From Clostridia bacterium (GTDB lineage Bacteria > Bacillota > Clostridia > TANB77 > CAG-508): DNA of 64,000 bases. The stretch spans positions 1,589 to 65,588 of the forward strand of contig JAAWKA010000007.1 in the NCBI GenBank assembly GCA_022797145.1. The letters are read 5' to 3'. Within the stretch, counting starts at the first letter, position 1. Each line of letters opens with the position of its first letter. A model generated the notes under the pieces. It searched no databases. It worked only from the letters and a program-made list of their open reading frames with translations, and was not told the DNA's origin. The position numbers and the translations under genes were made by a program. Shown one piece after another: positions 41,469 through 52,846 of the stretch.

Positions 41469-41861
41469 GGCGTTACTGCACCTAGAAATAAAGAACTTAT
41501 TAGAGTATTTAAAGGTGTTGATTTAATTAAAAATATCGGATCTGGAGTATTAAGAATATTAGATGCATATGATAAAAATTGTTTTAAATTTATGGAGCAC
41601 TTTTTGAGAGTTTCGTTTAGATATAAAGAAAATCCTTTTGAATATGACACTGATAATAAACAAAAAAATGATAAGATAAATGATAAAGAAAAGCAAATAT
41701 TATCTGTATTAATGAATAATCCTAATTATACAATACCAGAAATAAGTAAAATTACAAAAATTTCAACTGCGACTATTTCAAGGCATTTAAAACAATTACA
41801 AGATAAAAATATAATTGAGAGAGTAGGATCAAATAAGGTGGGGTATTGGAAAATTTTATAG
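41469..41861 (+). pseudogene. 3' fragment of an AlbA_2/HATPase_c_4-type putative DNA-binding ATPase gene, truncated by the IS
   Basis: The frame is open from the first base after the IS right end: GVTAPRNKELIRVFKGVDLIKNIGSGVLRILDAY...winged-helix tail. No 5' half is present on the other side of the IS. Confidence 0.6.
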
Positions 41862-41962
41862 TAATGAAACATATTGCTAGTAAGAAAAACAAAAATCAAA
41901 ATCATCTTAAAAATAGTAAATGCTATAACAAGTGATAATATAATAAAAAAAGGAAGAATAAT

Positions 41963-43168
41963 ATGAATAACAAGAAAAGTAAGATATGTAAAAGTGCCAA
42001 ATTATTAATGTCAAGTGATTTAATATATACTCTAACCTCTCTTTTTGTGAAAACTTTTTTAGTAGCATACTTTTTAAAAGTTACAAATGATAGTATTATA
42101 CAAATTTCAATATATTATATAATAATGTACACTTTGTCAGGAATTGGAAAAGTATTAATAGGAAAAGTAGTAAAAAGTAATCCTGAATACAGAACAAAAG
42201 TATTATCAATGGGAATTGTACTTAGAGCAGTATTTATTCTCTTTATTGTAATATTAAAAGAAAATATTGCCACATATTTTCCAATAGTAGCAATATTATA
42301 TGGTATATCAGAGGTATTCTATTGGACATCACATGAAGTATTATATATAGATGTTACAACTAACGAAAATAGAAAAGACTATATGTCTATAAAGACAATA
42401 TTAGGGAAAATTATAAATATAATTGCTCCAATTATTTTAGGAAGTTCAATAGAATTATATTCTTTTACAAAAATAGCTATATATATATTTATTTTATCTG
42501 TAATACAGATTATTATTTCATTACAAATTAAAACAGATAAAAATGAAACACTAATTACAAATAAATATAGTATAAAAACATTTTTAGAAAATTTAAATAA
42601 TAGTCAAAAAATAAAAATAAACAAATATACAAAATCTGCAATTGCATATGGTGTAATAGAAAGCTCAATGCAAACCTTAGTAGTCATTATTACAATTATG
42701 ACATTTAAAACATCATTTAATTTAGGAATATTAACAAGTGTGTTTTCTATATGTTCTATGATTGCAATGTATCTATATAAAAATTTTTACAATAGAAACA
42801 ATTCCAAATTTGTATTATATTTATGTTCAAGTTTAATTGTAATAGGTGTTATAGGACTAGTTTTTGATATAAACAAAATAACATTAGTCATTTATAATTT
42901 TGTATATACAATTTCAATTTGTATTTTAGGAGTAATTTATGATACTAAAAAAGGAGATTTAGTAAAAGAATGTAACATAGAAGAATGGAAAGTGGAATGG
43001 GTAAGTTATGTGGTTTTATTTATGCATTTAGGCAGAATTAGTGGATATATTCTAATGTTAATTACTGGACTTTTCAACAATATAATTGTATTTAAAATTT
43101 TGCTTATTTTAGTAACTTTATTTGCACCAATATGCACCAAATTAATGTATGGGGTAGAAAAAATATAA
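41963..43168 (+). CDS. MFS-like multi-pass membrane transporter (401 aa)
   Basis: About 10-12 hydrophobic segments. Substrate unknown. Family call is from topology only. Confidence 0.55.
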   Translation: MNNKKSKICKSAKLLMSSDLIYTLTSLFVKTFLVAYFLKVTNDSIIQISIYYIIMYTLSGIGKVLIGKVVKSNPEYRTKVLSMGIVLRAVFILFIVILKENIATYFPIVAILYGISEVFYWTSHEVLYIDVTTNENRKDYMSIKTILGKIINIIAPIILGSSIELYSFTKIAIYIFILSVIQIIISLQIKTDKNETLITNKYSIKTFLENLNNSQKIKINKYTKSAIAYGVIESSMQTLVVIITIMTFKTSFNLGILTSVFSICSMIAMYLYKNFYNRNNSKFVLYLCSSLIVIGVIGLVFDINKITLVIYNFVYTISICILGVIYDTKKGDLVKECNIEEWKVEWVSYVVLFMHLGRISGYILMLITGLFNNIIVFKILLILVTLFAPICTKLMYGVEKI

Positions 43169-43185
43169 AATCAAATAATAGTGCT

Positions 43186-43566
43186 ATGCGTTTTATTCCT
43201 TTTGATGTATTTGATAAAGAACAATTAATTGATATATTAGAAGAACAAGTAATTATTGCAAACAATAACCCTTTTGGTTCTCGTGATGATGAGCTCGTTC
43301 AGGAATTTGATGCTCTCAATGCTATACTGAATACCCAAGCGTCTGCCTATTACAAGGCGCAGGCAAAAGTATATGGCGACAAGGCTCGTGAAGCTTATAA
43401 GTTGTACAATACCGCTAATGCACACTATCGTCAGATGATAGCATTGGGATTGCCTACTGATAGAGCCGTGGATATGGTACAGCGTGCATTGAATGTGTAT
43501 CACAACTATGAGCATATGTGCAGTGAATTTTCTGCAAAAGCTCATCTTGTCATGCAGGTTTGTTAA
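43186..43566 (+). CDS. Hypothetical protein (127 aa from ATG 43186); C-terminal two thirds lie in a higher-GC patch
   Basis: ORF 43132-43566 with no clear SD. Composition switches near 43270. Terminator hairpin near 43608-43630. Confidence 0.4.
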   Translation: MRFIPFDVFDKEQLIDILEEQVIIANNNPFGSRDDELVQEFDALNAILNTQASAYYKAQAKVYGDKAREAYKLYNTANAHYRQMIALGLPTDRAVDMVQRALNVYHNYEHMCSEFSAKAHLVMQVC

Positions 43567-43663
43567 GATTGTTAGTTAACTGAACCTTAAAAAGATTTAT
43601 CTTTTTCTTCCATTGAAAAATGGAAGTTTTCTTTTATAATATACTTTTTTATAAGCAAAATTA

Positions 43664-43798
43664 GCCCCCATGTTATGATATTATGTCATAACATATAGGG
43701 GGTTAGGACTTATGGCAAATCCAAAGTCCTGTGCTACGAAGAAAATTTTAAGGATGTGTTTTATTAGAGCAAAAATTAGCATATTATTTTCACTTAGT
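43664..43798 (+). repeat. Two-hairpin element, copy 2, with a ~35-nt stub of a mob 5' end (orphan oriT-like site)
   Basis: Hairpin 1 at 43665-43702 and hairpin 2 at 43705-43730 have the same stems as copy 1 but different loops. Segment 43765-43797 matches the first 35 nt of the 28416 mob gene at about 29/35, with the ATG mutated. Confidence 0.6.
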
Positions 43799-43872
43799 AT
43801 GTCAATCATTTTTTTAAATGTCCCAAAAATGATTGACAAAACTTTTAAACCAATCTGCAATTTTCATTTTTA

Positions 43873-44400
43873 TTATTTTCCTTTAATTATTTTTTCTAAA
43901 GTATCTTTTAAAATTTCTTCCCTATTTTTTGATGTATCAATGTATGTTATTCCATATTTTGGACATTCCTTTTTTAACATTTCATTAGCATTATACCAAT
44001 CATTTGCATGCTTTGTTAAATATGCTCTTGACAATCCATATGTCCAACTTTCTTCTATATCATACTTTATACATTGGTTTACCATATCTTCCACAGTATA
44101 AATTTCCTAAACCTAAACATACTACATTTGTATTACTAAAATCTACCATTTCATTTACTATTTTTGGATGTAATTGTCCACTCTCTAAAATATAACCATA
44201 TCCGTTTTTATCTTTTTTTGTTAGTGAATTATATAATTCTAATAATGTCCTTTGAAAATATTCTGCACGTTCTTCAACATTTGAAAATATTCTGCACGTT
44301 CTTCAACATTCATTTTAGAGAGTTTATTACAAAATTCAGTCTTTAAATTCTCTAAAAATTCGTATTATTCATTAGTTAGTTCAATTCTATATATTTTTTC
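43873..44400 (-). pseudogene. Degraded gene downstream of relaxase 3 (unknown family)
   Basis: Only the last 73 codons are intact (43873-44094). Upstream reading requires bypassing an in-frame TAA, a 29-bp tandem duplication and one more frameshift. Confidence 0.5.
44252..44309. repeat. Perfect 29-bp tandem duplication (TTGAAAATATTCTGCACGTTCTTCAACAT x2)
   Basis: Units 44252-44280 and 44281-44309 are identical. The length is not a multiple of 3, so it frameshifts the minus-strand reading frame. Confidence 0.95.
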
Positions 44401-44401
44401 A

Positions 44402-45972
<1,571 letters not shown>

Positions 45973-46470
45973 CTCTTTTTGTTTCTGTATAAATAGAGAG
46001 GGCAAAAATTTATATACAACAAAAAGACCATAAGCGATATACCAATACTCTATTTACCTACTTGAATACAATTTTAATAAGCTCAAACAAAATTTGAGTT
46101 TTAACTATGTACTCATTTTTTTAGTGTGTATGTAAATAGAATATTGAACTTTGCACTCATGGCTTTCTAATTACTTATAAATACTGGACAAGTTTACTAT
46201 TATTATTTTAAAATTTTCACACTTTCTAATAACCAGCTCGCAATCCTATATGCGACTCGTTTTCGCCTGGCATCTGAGGAATGTAAAATTCCAAAGAAGA
46301 CATCAATATTCTTGTATTCCTAATTAGAATACAGATAATTTATACCACGATTTTTGAAAAAAGTCAAATTTTATTTGGCAAAAATGTTGAGAAAACAACA
46401 ATTTTATGGTATAAATATGTCAATATGCTAAAGAAAAAGTTAAAAAAGATAATATTAACAAGAAAACTAG

Positions 46471-47148
46471 GTGATTATAATAAAAAGATTAAATATATTT
46501 ATAGATGAAAGTGGAGACTTTGGCTTTGTAAAAGGAAGTTCAGACTTATATGCTGTTTCATTTACATTACACGAAAGTTCTAATTCAATAGAAAATGAAC
46601 TAAAATATTTAAACAGAAAATTAGATGAACTTAATTATGATGGAATGATACATTTAGCATATTTAGTTGCTAAAAGAGGAGATTATTCACACTTTGATTT
46701 AGAAAGAAGAAAAAGTATATTTTGGGCTATATTCTATTTTTCAAATAGAGTTAAAGTTAAGATAAGAACTGTAATCATAGATAAAAAATATATCAACAAG
46801 AAAATGCAACTTAATATGGCATTGGCAAGAGAGATAGGACAATTTATAAATAATAATAAAGCATATTTTGATACATTTGATAAAATTGTTATCTATTATG
46901 ACAATGGGCAAGAAACATTAGCAACGATACTAGATACTTTATTTGCTACTAATCCAAAAGTAGAAAGAAGAATAGAATTTGACCATACTAAAAAACGATT
47001 ATTTCAAGTTTCAGATATGTTAACAGTAATCGATAAGCTAGACTACAAAAGAAAAAATAATATTACATTTACAAAAGCTGAAAAGTATTTCTTTAATGGT
47101 AAAGATTTTAGACATATCATAAACTTATTAAAAAATAAAAGAATTTAA
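46471..47148 (+). CDS. DUF3800-family protein
   Basis: N-terminal NIFIDESGDFG and C-terminal LFQVSDML motifs are typical of DUF3800. GTG start with a weak SD. Confidence 0.7.
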   Translation: MIIIKRLNIFIDESGDFGFVKGSSDLYAVSFTLHESSNSIENELKYLNRKLDELNYDGMIHLAYLVAKRGDYSHFDLERRKSIFWAIFYFSNRVKVKIRTVIIDKKYINKKMQLNMALAREIGQFINNNKAYFDTFDKIVIYYDNGQETLATILDTLFATNPKVERRIEFDHTKKRLFQVSDMLTVIDKLDYKRKNNITFTKAEKYFFNGKDFRHIINLLKNKRI

Positions 47149-47179
47149 TAATAAAAAAGATTATAAGGAGTGTGTAAAA

Positions 47180-48064
47180 ATGATAGATTTACATTTGCAT
47201 ACAAATCATTCAGATGGAACTGATTCAGTGGAAGAATTATTAGAAAATGCAGAACAACAAAAACTTGAAATGATTTCAATTACTGATCATGATTCTGTAG
47301 GTGCATATTTTGAATTGGAAAAACATCCAGAAGTTAGGAGAAAATTTAGTGGAGAGATTATAATTGGCTAAGAAATAAAGACAATTTTTGATGATGTTAA
47401 TATAGAAATTTTAGCTTATGGCATCGATTATAAAAATATAAACATAAAAAAAGAAGACAAAATGCAAGTTCAAAATGATATTTTAAAGCATTTTATAAAT
47501 GTTGCTAAAAGTCTTGGAATTAAAGTAGATGAGAATATAAAAGTAGATATAGCAGATCCTAATAGAATATATGCATGTTGGGTATTTTGTGATGATATAA
47601 TAAAGTATAAAGAAAATGAACAAATATTAAAAGATTTAGGGCAAGTAAATAGAATTACTTTTTATAGAGAACATGAAGGAAATAAGAATAGTCCTTTTTA
47701 TTACAATACTTCAAAATATTATGATGATTGTCAAACCTTAATAGATAAAATACATAAGGCAGGAGGATTAGCCTTTTTAGCACATGGGTTAATATATTCA
47801 TTTGATAATAACAGACATGCTATAGAAAAAATATTGCAAACAACAAGTATTGATGGGCTAGAGTGTATATATCCATTATTTAATGAGGAAGAAAAAGAAT
47901 TTATGATGAATTTATGTAAAAAATATAATAAATTTATGTCAGGAGGTTCTGATTATCATGCAAAAAATAAACCTACAACTTTTATGGGAACTGGTATAAA
48001 TAATAATATAATTGTAAAAAAAGATTTAGTGAAAAATTGGATAAATACAGTAAGTAAAATTTAG
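47180..48064 (+). pseudogene. PHP-domain phosphoesterase interrupted by one in-frame TAA at 47369-47371
   Basis: IDLHLHTNHSDG, ITDHD and GGSDYH motifs. ORFs 47180-47371 and 47462-48064 share a frame, and the region between them is open. Confidence 0.75.
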
Positions 48065-48076
48065 AAAACATTATAA

Positions 48077-48101
48077 AAAGCCATTCGTTTGAATGGCTTT
48101 T
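48077..48101 (+). terminator. Intrinsic terminator after the PHP gene
   Basis: AAAGCCATTC gttt GAATGGCTTT followed by T. Confidence 0.6.
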
Positions 48102-48268
48102 GCTAATTCTTGGAATTAGCTCGGGTCAGGTCCTATTTGAGTTAAACTCTTTCAGACCTAGTAGAATATCTATCTACAATACATAGTATTCCTTAATTTA
48201 TTTAATTATACACTAAAAATTTGAAAAAGTATAGCATTTTTTCAAAAAAACTTACAAAAGTTGTAAAA

Positions 48269-48631
48269 CTAAATGTAGATTAGTTCTTTTATTATAATTT
48301 CTTCAACTGAATATTTATAATTATTCATAAGACCTAGCCATTTTAAAGGGTCAGTATTTTTTAAGTTTTCATCAATAGGATTTTTCTCTAGCATTTGTGC
48401 CATAAGTATTTCAAATCTTCTTTTAGCTTGTTTGTCAGTTTCTACAATATGCTTTCTTAAGGTCTTATTCATAAACATTATTATATATTCAGCCTTTTTG
48501 TGATTTTTTAAATATTCTAATCTTAAATGCCCATACTTTCCAATAATATAATCATTTTCGTAATCTTCTTTCTCTAAATATAAGTCAGGAACAAAAAAAT
48601 CTCCTTCTTTGTGATAAGTTATCTCTACCAT
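48269..48631 (-). CDS. tnpV: TnpV-like transposon protein (second copy)
   Basis: GDFFVPDL, YGHLRLEYLKNH and C-terminal EEIIIKELIYI; paralog of 29822-30211. Confidence 0.8.
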   Translation of the reverse strand: MVEITYHKEGDFFVPDLYLEKEDYENDYIIGKYGHLRLEYLKNHKKAEYIIMFMNKTLRKHIVETDKQAKRRFEILMAQMLEKNPIDENLKNTDPLKWLGLMNNYKYSVEEIIIKELIYI

Positions 48632-48739
48632 AATAAAATCCTCCTAAATTCAATTCTACTACTTTTTATAACTATATTTTATATCGTTTAGCTATCTATA
48701 AATACAATTTTTATAAAGTGTACTTAATTTAATCTTACT

Positions 48740-48795
48740 GGGTTAGAAGTTATGACAAGGTCAAAGTCCTATGCTACGAAGAAATTGCTAAAGGA
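48740..48795 (+). repeat. Two-hairpin element, copy 3 (decayed remnant: hairpin 1 missing, hairpin 2 arm mutated)
   Basis: GGGTTAGaAGTTatgacaaggtcAAAGTCCTATGCTACGAAGAAATT aligns with copy 1 from GGGGGTTAGG to the tail. Confidence 0.4.
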
Positions 48796-49106
48796 GAAAC
48801 AAGTTGTGAATAATAAAACTAAAAAATGAATTTAGTAGAAATTAACAAACCTACGAAATTGATAAAAAATAACTATCTAGTAATTGTAAACTTAGATAGT
48901 TTTTATAATACATCAGATGAAGTATATAATTAAAAAGTGAAATTGCTATATATCACATACTCAAAATTCCTTTTTAATTTTTATAATTAATACAACTCTA
49001 ATTTTATTTTGTTTACTTCCAATAAATTCCTATTTTATAAAATCAAATAAATATAAGTATAAAACATATCAGTGTTTTATACTTATACTTTTTTCTTTTT
49101 CGTAAC

Positions 49107-49183
49107 TGGTAGCGAAGGAGGGAGTCGAACCCACGACCTAGCGGGTATGAACCGCTCGCTCTAGCCAACTGAGCTACTTCGCC
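49107..49183 (-). tRNA. tRNA-Met (anticodon CAU, elongator-like), encoded CCA
   Basis: The reverse complement folds as a cloverleaf: acceptor GGCGAAG/CTTCGCT, anticodon stem AGCGG/CCGCT with loop TTCATAC, T-loop TTCGACT. One T-stem mismatch. Hairpin terminator near 49055-49085. Confidence 0.9.
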
Positions 49184-49274
49184 ATATCTTTTGGACTGTA
49201 TTATTATAATAGTATATCCCTCATTTGTCAATATAAACTAAGAAAATAATTTTATCAAATTATTTTCTTAGTTT

Positions 49275-49619
49275 TTATCTTTCATCTATACCTTTCTCCT
49301 CCAGTTGTTGATCCTCTATTTTAGATAATCTATTTACAGATGCTCTTTTAATTTTAGGTGATTTATTTTCTTTTGAGTCTTCTTTTATTCTTTGAACATA
49401 ATCTTTTATTTTTTCATTTTTATTTTCATAAATACTTTCTAATTTTTTTATTCTTACTAAATCTTGCTCATTTATTATATCTTTTAAACCTTTTTCTATG
49501 TCTTTATCATTTACTGTATTAATTTCTGCATGATCACTTCCTGTTATACTTGTTAAAAACATTACTATTCCTTTAGCAACTTCCCCCACTTTACTTAGTT
49601 GTTGAGCTGGATTTTTCAT
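49275..49619 (-). CDS. Hypothetical protein (114 aa)
   Basis: SD AGGAGGGAAA upstream of the ATG; charged helical sequence; no family recognised. Confidence 0.5.
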   Translation of the reverse strand: MKNPAQQLSKVGEVAKGIVMFLTSITGSDHAEINTVNDKDIEKGLKDIINEQDLVRIKKLESIYENKNEKIKDYVQRIKEDSKENKSPKIKRASVNRLSKIEDQQLEEKGIDER

Positions 49620-49756
49620 TTTTCCCTCCTAAATTATCAAAAATTTAACATATTTTATTTTTTTATATATTTATATTAACATAAATAAGAAAAATAAGCA
49701 ATGCTTTTTACTTATTTTTCTTTAAAACTTATTATTTACTGTATTATTTTATATAT

Positions 49757-50893
49757 CTAATTCATATAATCTTTCAGTTTTTTACTTCTACTTGGATGTC
49801 TTAACTTTCTTAAAGCTTTTGCTTCTATTTGTCTTATCCTTTCACGTGTTACTGCAAATTCTCTTCCTACTTCTTCCAATGTTCTTGCTTTTCCATCTTC
49901 TAAACCAAATCTTAGCTTTAATACTTTGGCTTCTCTAGGTGTTAAAGTTCCCATTACTTCTTCTAATTGCTCTTTTAACAATGTATATGCTGCTGAATCA
50001 TGTGGAGCTGGTGAATCATTATCTTGTAAAAAATCTCCTAAATGACTATCTTCTTCTTCCCCTATAGGTGTTTCTAATGATACTGGATCTTGTGCTATCT
50101 TTTGAATTTCTATTACTTTCTCTAGTGGCATTTCTAATTCTTCTGCAATTTCTTCTGGAGTTGGTTCCCTTCCTAATCTTTGTAGCAAGTGTCTTGAAGT
50201 CCTTATTAATTTATTTATAGTCTCTACCATGTGTACTGGTATTCTTATAGTTCTCGCTTGATCTGCTATTGCTCTTGTAATTGCTTGTCTTATCCACCAA
50301 GTCGCATATGTGCTAAATTTAAATCCTTTTTTATAATCAAATTTCTCTACTGCTTTTATTAATCCCATATTTCCTTCTTGTATTAAATCTAAAAATAGCA
50401 TTCCTCTTCCCACATACTTTTTTGCAATACTAACCACTAATCTTAAATTTGACTCTGCTAATTTTTGTTTAGCTTCTTCATCATCTTCTAATACTTTTTT
50501 TGCAAGCTCTAATTCTTCTTCATAATTCAGTAGTGATATCCTTCCAATCTCCCTTAAATACATTCTTACTGGATCATCTGTATTTACTCCTTCTAAGTTT
50601 GTTAAATTAATATCCTCTACTTTTACATCTTCTACTTCTTGCAAATCTTCCACATCTGGTTCTTCAGAATCTAAATCTTCTTTTAGTATATCTACATTCA
50701 ATTCTTCAAATGCATCAAACACCTTTTCTATTTGTTCTGCATTTGCATCTTCCAATTCTGTTGCAATATCAGCATAAGTAATCTTTCCCTGCTGTTTTGC
50801 TTTTTCTAATATATTTTTTACTTTCTGATTTTTTATTTCTTCTTGTTGTTCTTCTATTCCAATATCTTTTTTTATTTGTTTCTCTTCTTGCAC
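49757..50893 (-). CDS. rpoD: RNA polymerase primary sigma factor
   Basis: Regions 1.2-4 recognisable ([34 protein letters not shown]). GTG start. Directly downstream of dnaG. Confidence 0.95.
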   Translation of the reverse strand: MQEEKQIKKDIGIEEQQEEIKNQKVKNILEKAKQQGKITYADIATELEDANAEQIEKVFDAFEELNVDILKEDLDSEEPDVEDLQEVEDVKVEDINLTNLEGVNTDDPVRMYLREIGRISLLNYEEELELAKKVLEDDEEAKQKLAESNLRLVVSIAKKYVGRGMLFLDLIQEGNMGLIKAVEKFDYKKGFKFSTYATWWIRQAITRAIADQARTIRIPVHMVETINKLIRTSRHLLQRLGREPTPEEIAEELEMPLEKVIEIQKIAQDPVSLETPIGEEEDSHLGDFLQDNDSPAPHDSAAYTLLKEQLEEVMGTLTPREAKVLKLRFGLEDGKARTLEEVGREFAVTRERIRQIEAKALRKLRHPSRSKKLKDYMN

Positions 50894-50904
50894 CTAATTC
50901 CCTC

Positions 50905-52695
50905 CTATTTCATTTTTACTAGTTCTATTATTATTTCATTAAGTCTTTTTTCTAATTGTCTTGATGTTTCTTGTGGTATTTCTTTATTTTCTAATTGCTT
51001 TATTATACAATCTCTTTCCTCTAGTAACTTTTCTTTTTGGTATATATTTATTAAATCCTGTATTGCCTTTTTATTATCTGAAATTTCAAAATCATATGCC
51101 ATAATATAAGTTATATGATTTACCAAATTTTCTTCATGAAATAAATCTAAAATATTATTATTACTATTTCCCTTTTCAAAATGTTCATACAGCTTTTTAA
51201 TTATTACTTTATTTTTTTCTGACTTAATATCTTCTGTTAGTATCTTTTTACTTAATAATTCATATGCATTTATTTCTGAGTTTATTAAAAGTGCTATAAT
51301 CATATTTTCTCTTTTTTGCAGTGCTTCTGTTATTTTTTGTTTATCTAAAGTTTCATTTTTTTTCTTTGGTATTATCGTTTTTTGTAAAGATTTTATTCCC
51401 TCACTATCTTTATACATTATTTTATTTACTTGTGCATATATAGCTTCTTTTGATATTTTATATTCTGTTGCAATTTTATCTATATAGATTTCTTTTTCTA
51501 TATTATTATCTACTTTTGAAAGTATTTTAGCTATTTCATTTAAAAATTTTATTTTATCACTTGCTGTTTCTATTTTTATTGTATTTTTAAGTAATTTTAC
51601 TTTAAATTCTACCAGTGATATTGCTGCTTCTACTCTTTTTAAAAACCTCCCACTTCCATACTTTACTACATATTCATCTGGATCTTTAGCTTCTCCTTCT
51701 AATTGTAATATTCTAATATCACATCCTAAATTCTTCAGTATCTCCATTCCTCTTACAGTTGCTGCCTGTCCTGCTCCATCTGAATCGTATCCTATAATTA
51801 TTTGTGAAGCACAATTTCTTAATAAACGTCCTTGTGCCTCTGTAAGGGCTGTTCCTAGTGAAGCTACAACATTAGTTATCCCTCTTTGATATAATGATAT
51901 TGCATCCATATATCCTTCTACTATAATAATTTTATCGCTTCGACTTTTTTTTGCAATATTTAATCCAAATAAATTTCTTCCCTTTTTATATACTATATTT
52001 TCTGGTGAATTTATATATTTGGGCTTTGTATCATCCAATACTCTACCTCCAAATGCTATTACTCGATCTTGTATGTCTTTTATTGGAAACATAAGACGTT
52101 TTTTAAATTTGTCATAAAACTGTCCTTTTGCTGATTTTCCTATTAAACTTGAGGCTAATATTTCTTCATCTGAAAATCCTTGTTTTTTTAATTCCTTATA
52201 CAATTCATCATAGTTTGTAGAAAATCCTATTGTAAAAGTTTTTAATGTATTGTTGTCTAATTTTCTTTTTTTCACATATTCTTGTGCTAACTTTGCATCT
52301 TGTTTATACAAGTTTTCATGAAATATTTGCGCTGCTATTTTATTTATTTTATATACTCTTTCTTTTAGCCTCATACTCTTATCTTCTTGCTCGTTATCTA
52401 TTGTTGGTAACTTTATTGCTACTTTTTCTGCAAGTAACTCTATTGTTTGTCTAAAATCTAAATTCTCTATTTTGCTTATAAAATGTATTACATTTCCACC
52501 TACTCCACAACCAAAACAATGAAAAATTTGTTTATCTGGTGACACAGAAAAAGAAGGTGATTTCTCTTTATGGAATGGACATAATCCAAAAAAATTTCTA
52601 CCACTTCTTTTTAATACTACATATTGTGAAATTGTATCTACTATATCGTTACTGCTTCTTATTTCATCAATTAACTCTTCACTATATCGTACCAT
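50905..52695 (-). CDS. dnaG: DNA primase
   Basis: Zinc finger CPFHKEKSPSFSV...FHCFGCG; TOPRIM EGYMD and DSDGAG motifs. Confidence 0.95.
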   Translation of the reverse strand: MVRYSEELIDEIRSSNDIVDTISQYVVLKRSGRNFFGLCPFHKEKSPSFSVSPDKQIFHCFGCGVGGNVIHFISKIENLDFRQTIELLAEKVAIKLPTIDNEQEDKSMRLKERVYKINKIAAQIFHENLYKQDAKLAQEYVKKRKLDNNTLKTFTIGFSTNYDELYKELKKQGFSDEEILASSLIGKSAKGQFYDKFKKRLMFPIKDIQDRVIAFGGRVLDDTKPKYINSPENIVYKKGRNLFGLNIAKKSRSDKIIIVEGYMDAISLYQRGITNVVASLGTALTEAQGRLLRNCASQIIIGYDSDGAGQAATVRGMEILKNLGCDIRILQLEGEAKDPDEYVVKYGSGRFLKRVEAAISLVEFKVKLLKNTIKIETASDKIKFLNEIAKILSKVDNNIEKEIYIDKIATEYKISKEAIYAQVNKIMYKDSEGIKSLQKTIIPKKKNETLDKQKITEALQKRENMIIALLINSEINAYELLSKKILTEDIKSEKNKVIIKKLYEHFEKGNSNNNILDLFHEENLVNHITYIMAYDFEISDNKKAIQDLINIYQKEKLLEERDCIIKQLENKEIPQETSRQLEKRLNEIIIELVKMK

Positions 52696-52846
52696 TTTTA
52701 GTTACCTTTCTTCGTTATATTATACTATTCGACAGATATTTATTAAATCCTTCTCACTTCACATAATTCATTGTCATTATTTGATATTTTAAAATAATAT
52801 AAAATTTCCCTCCATGTACTAGGACGGAAATTTTCATATTTTATTA

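Noticed and set aside
43712-44101. 129-aa plus-strand ORF starting inside copy 2 of the hairpin element.
   Set aside because: It begins within hairpin 2, crosses a terminator hairpin, and is antisense to the more protein-like minus-strand C-terminal fragment 43873-44094.
49043-49231. 62-aa minus-strand ORF.
   Set aside because: It is the tRNA-Met gene read as protein.
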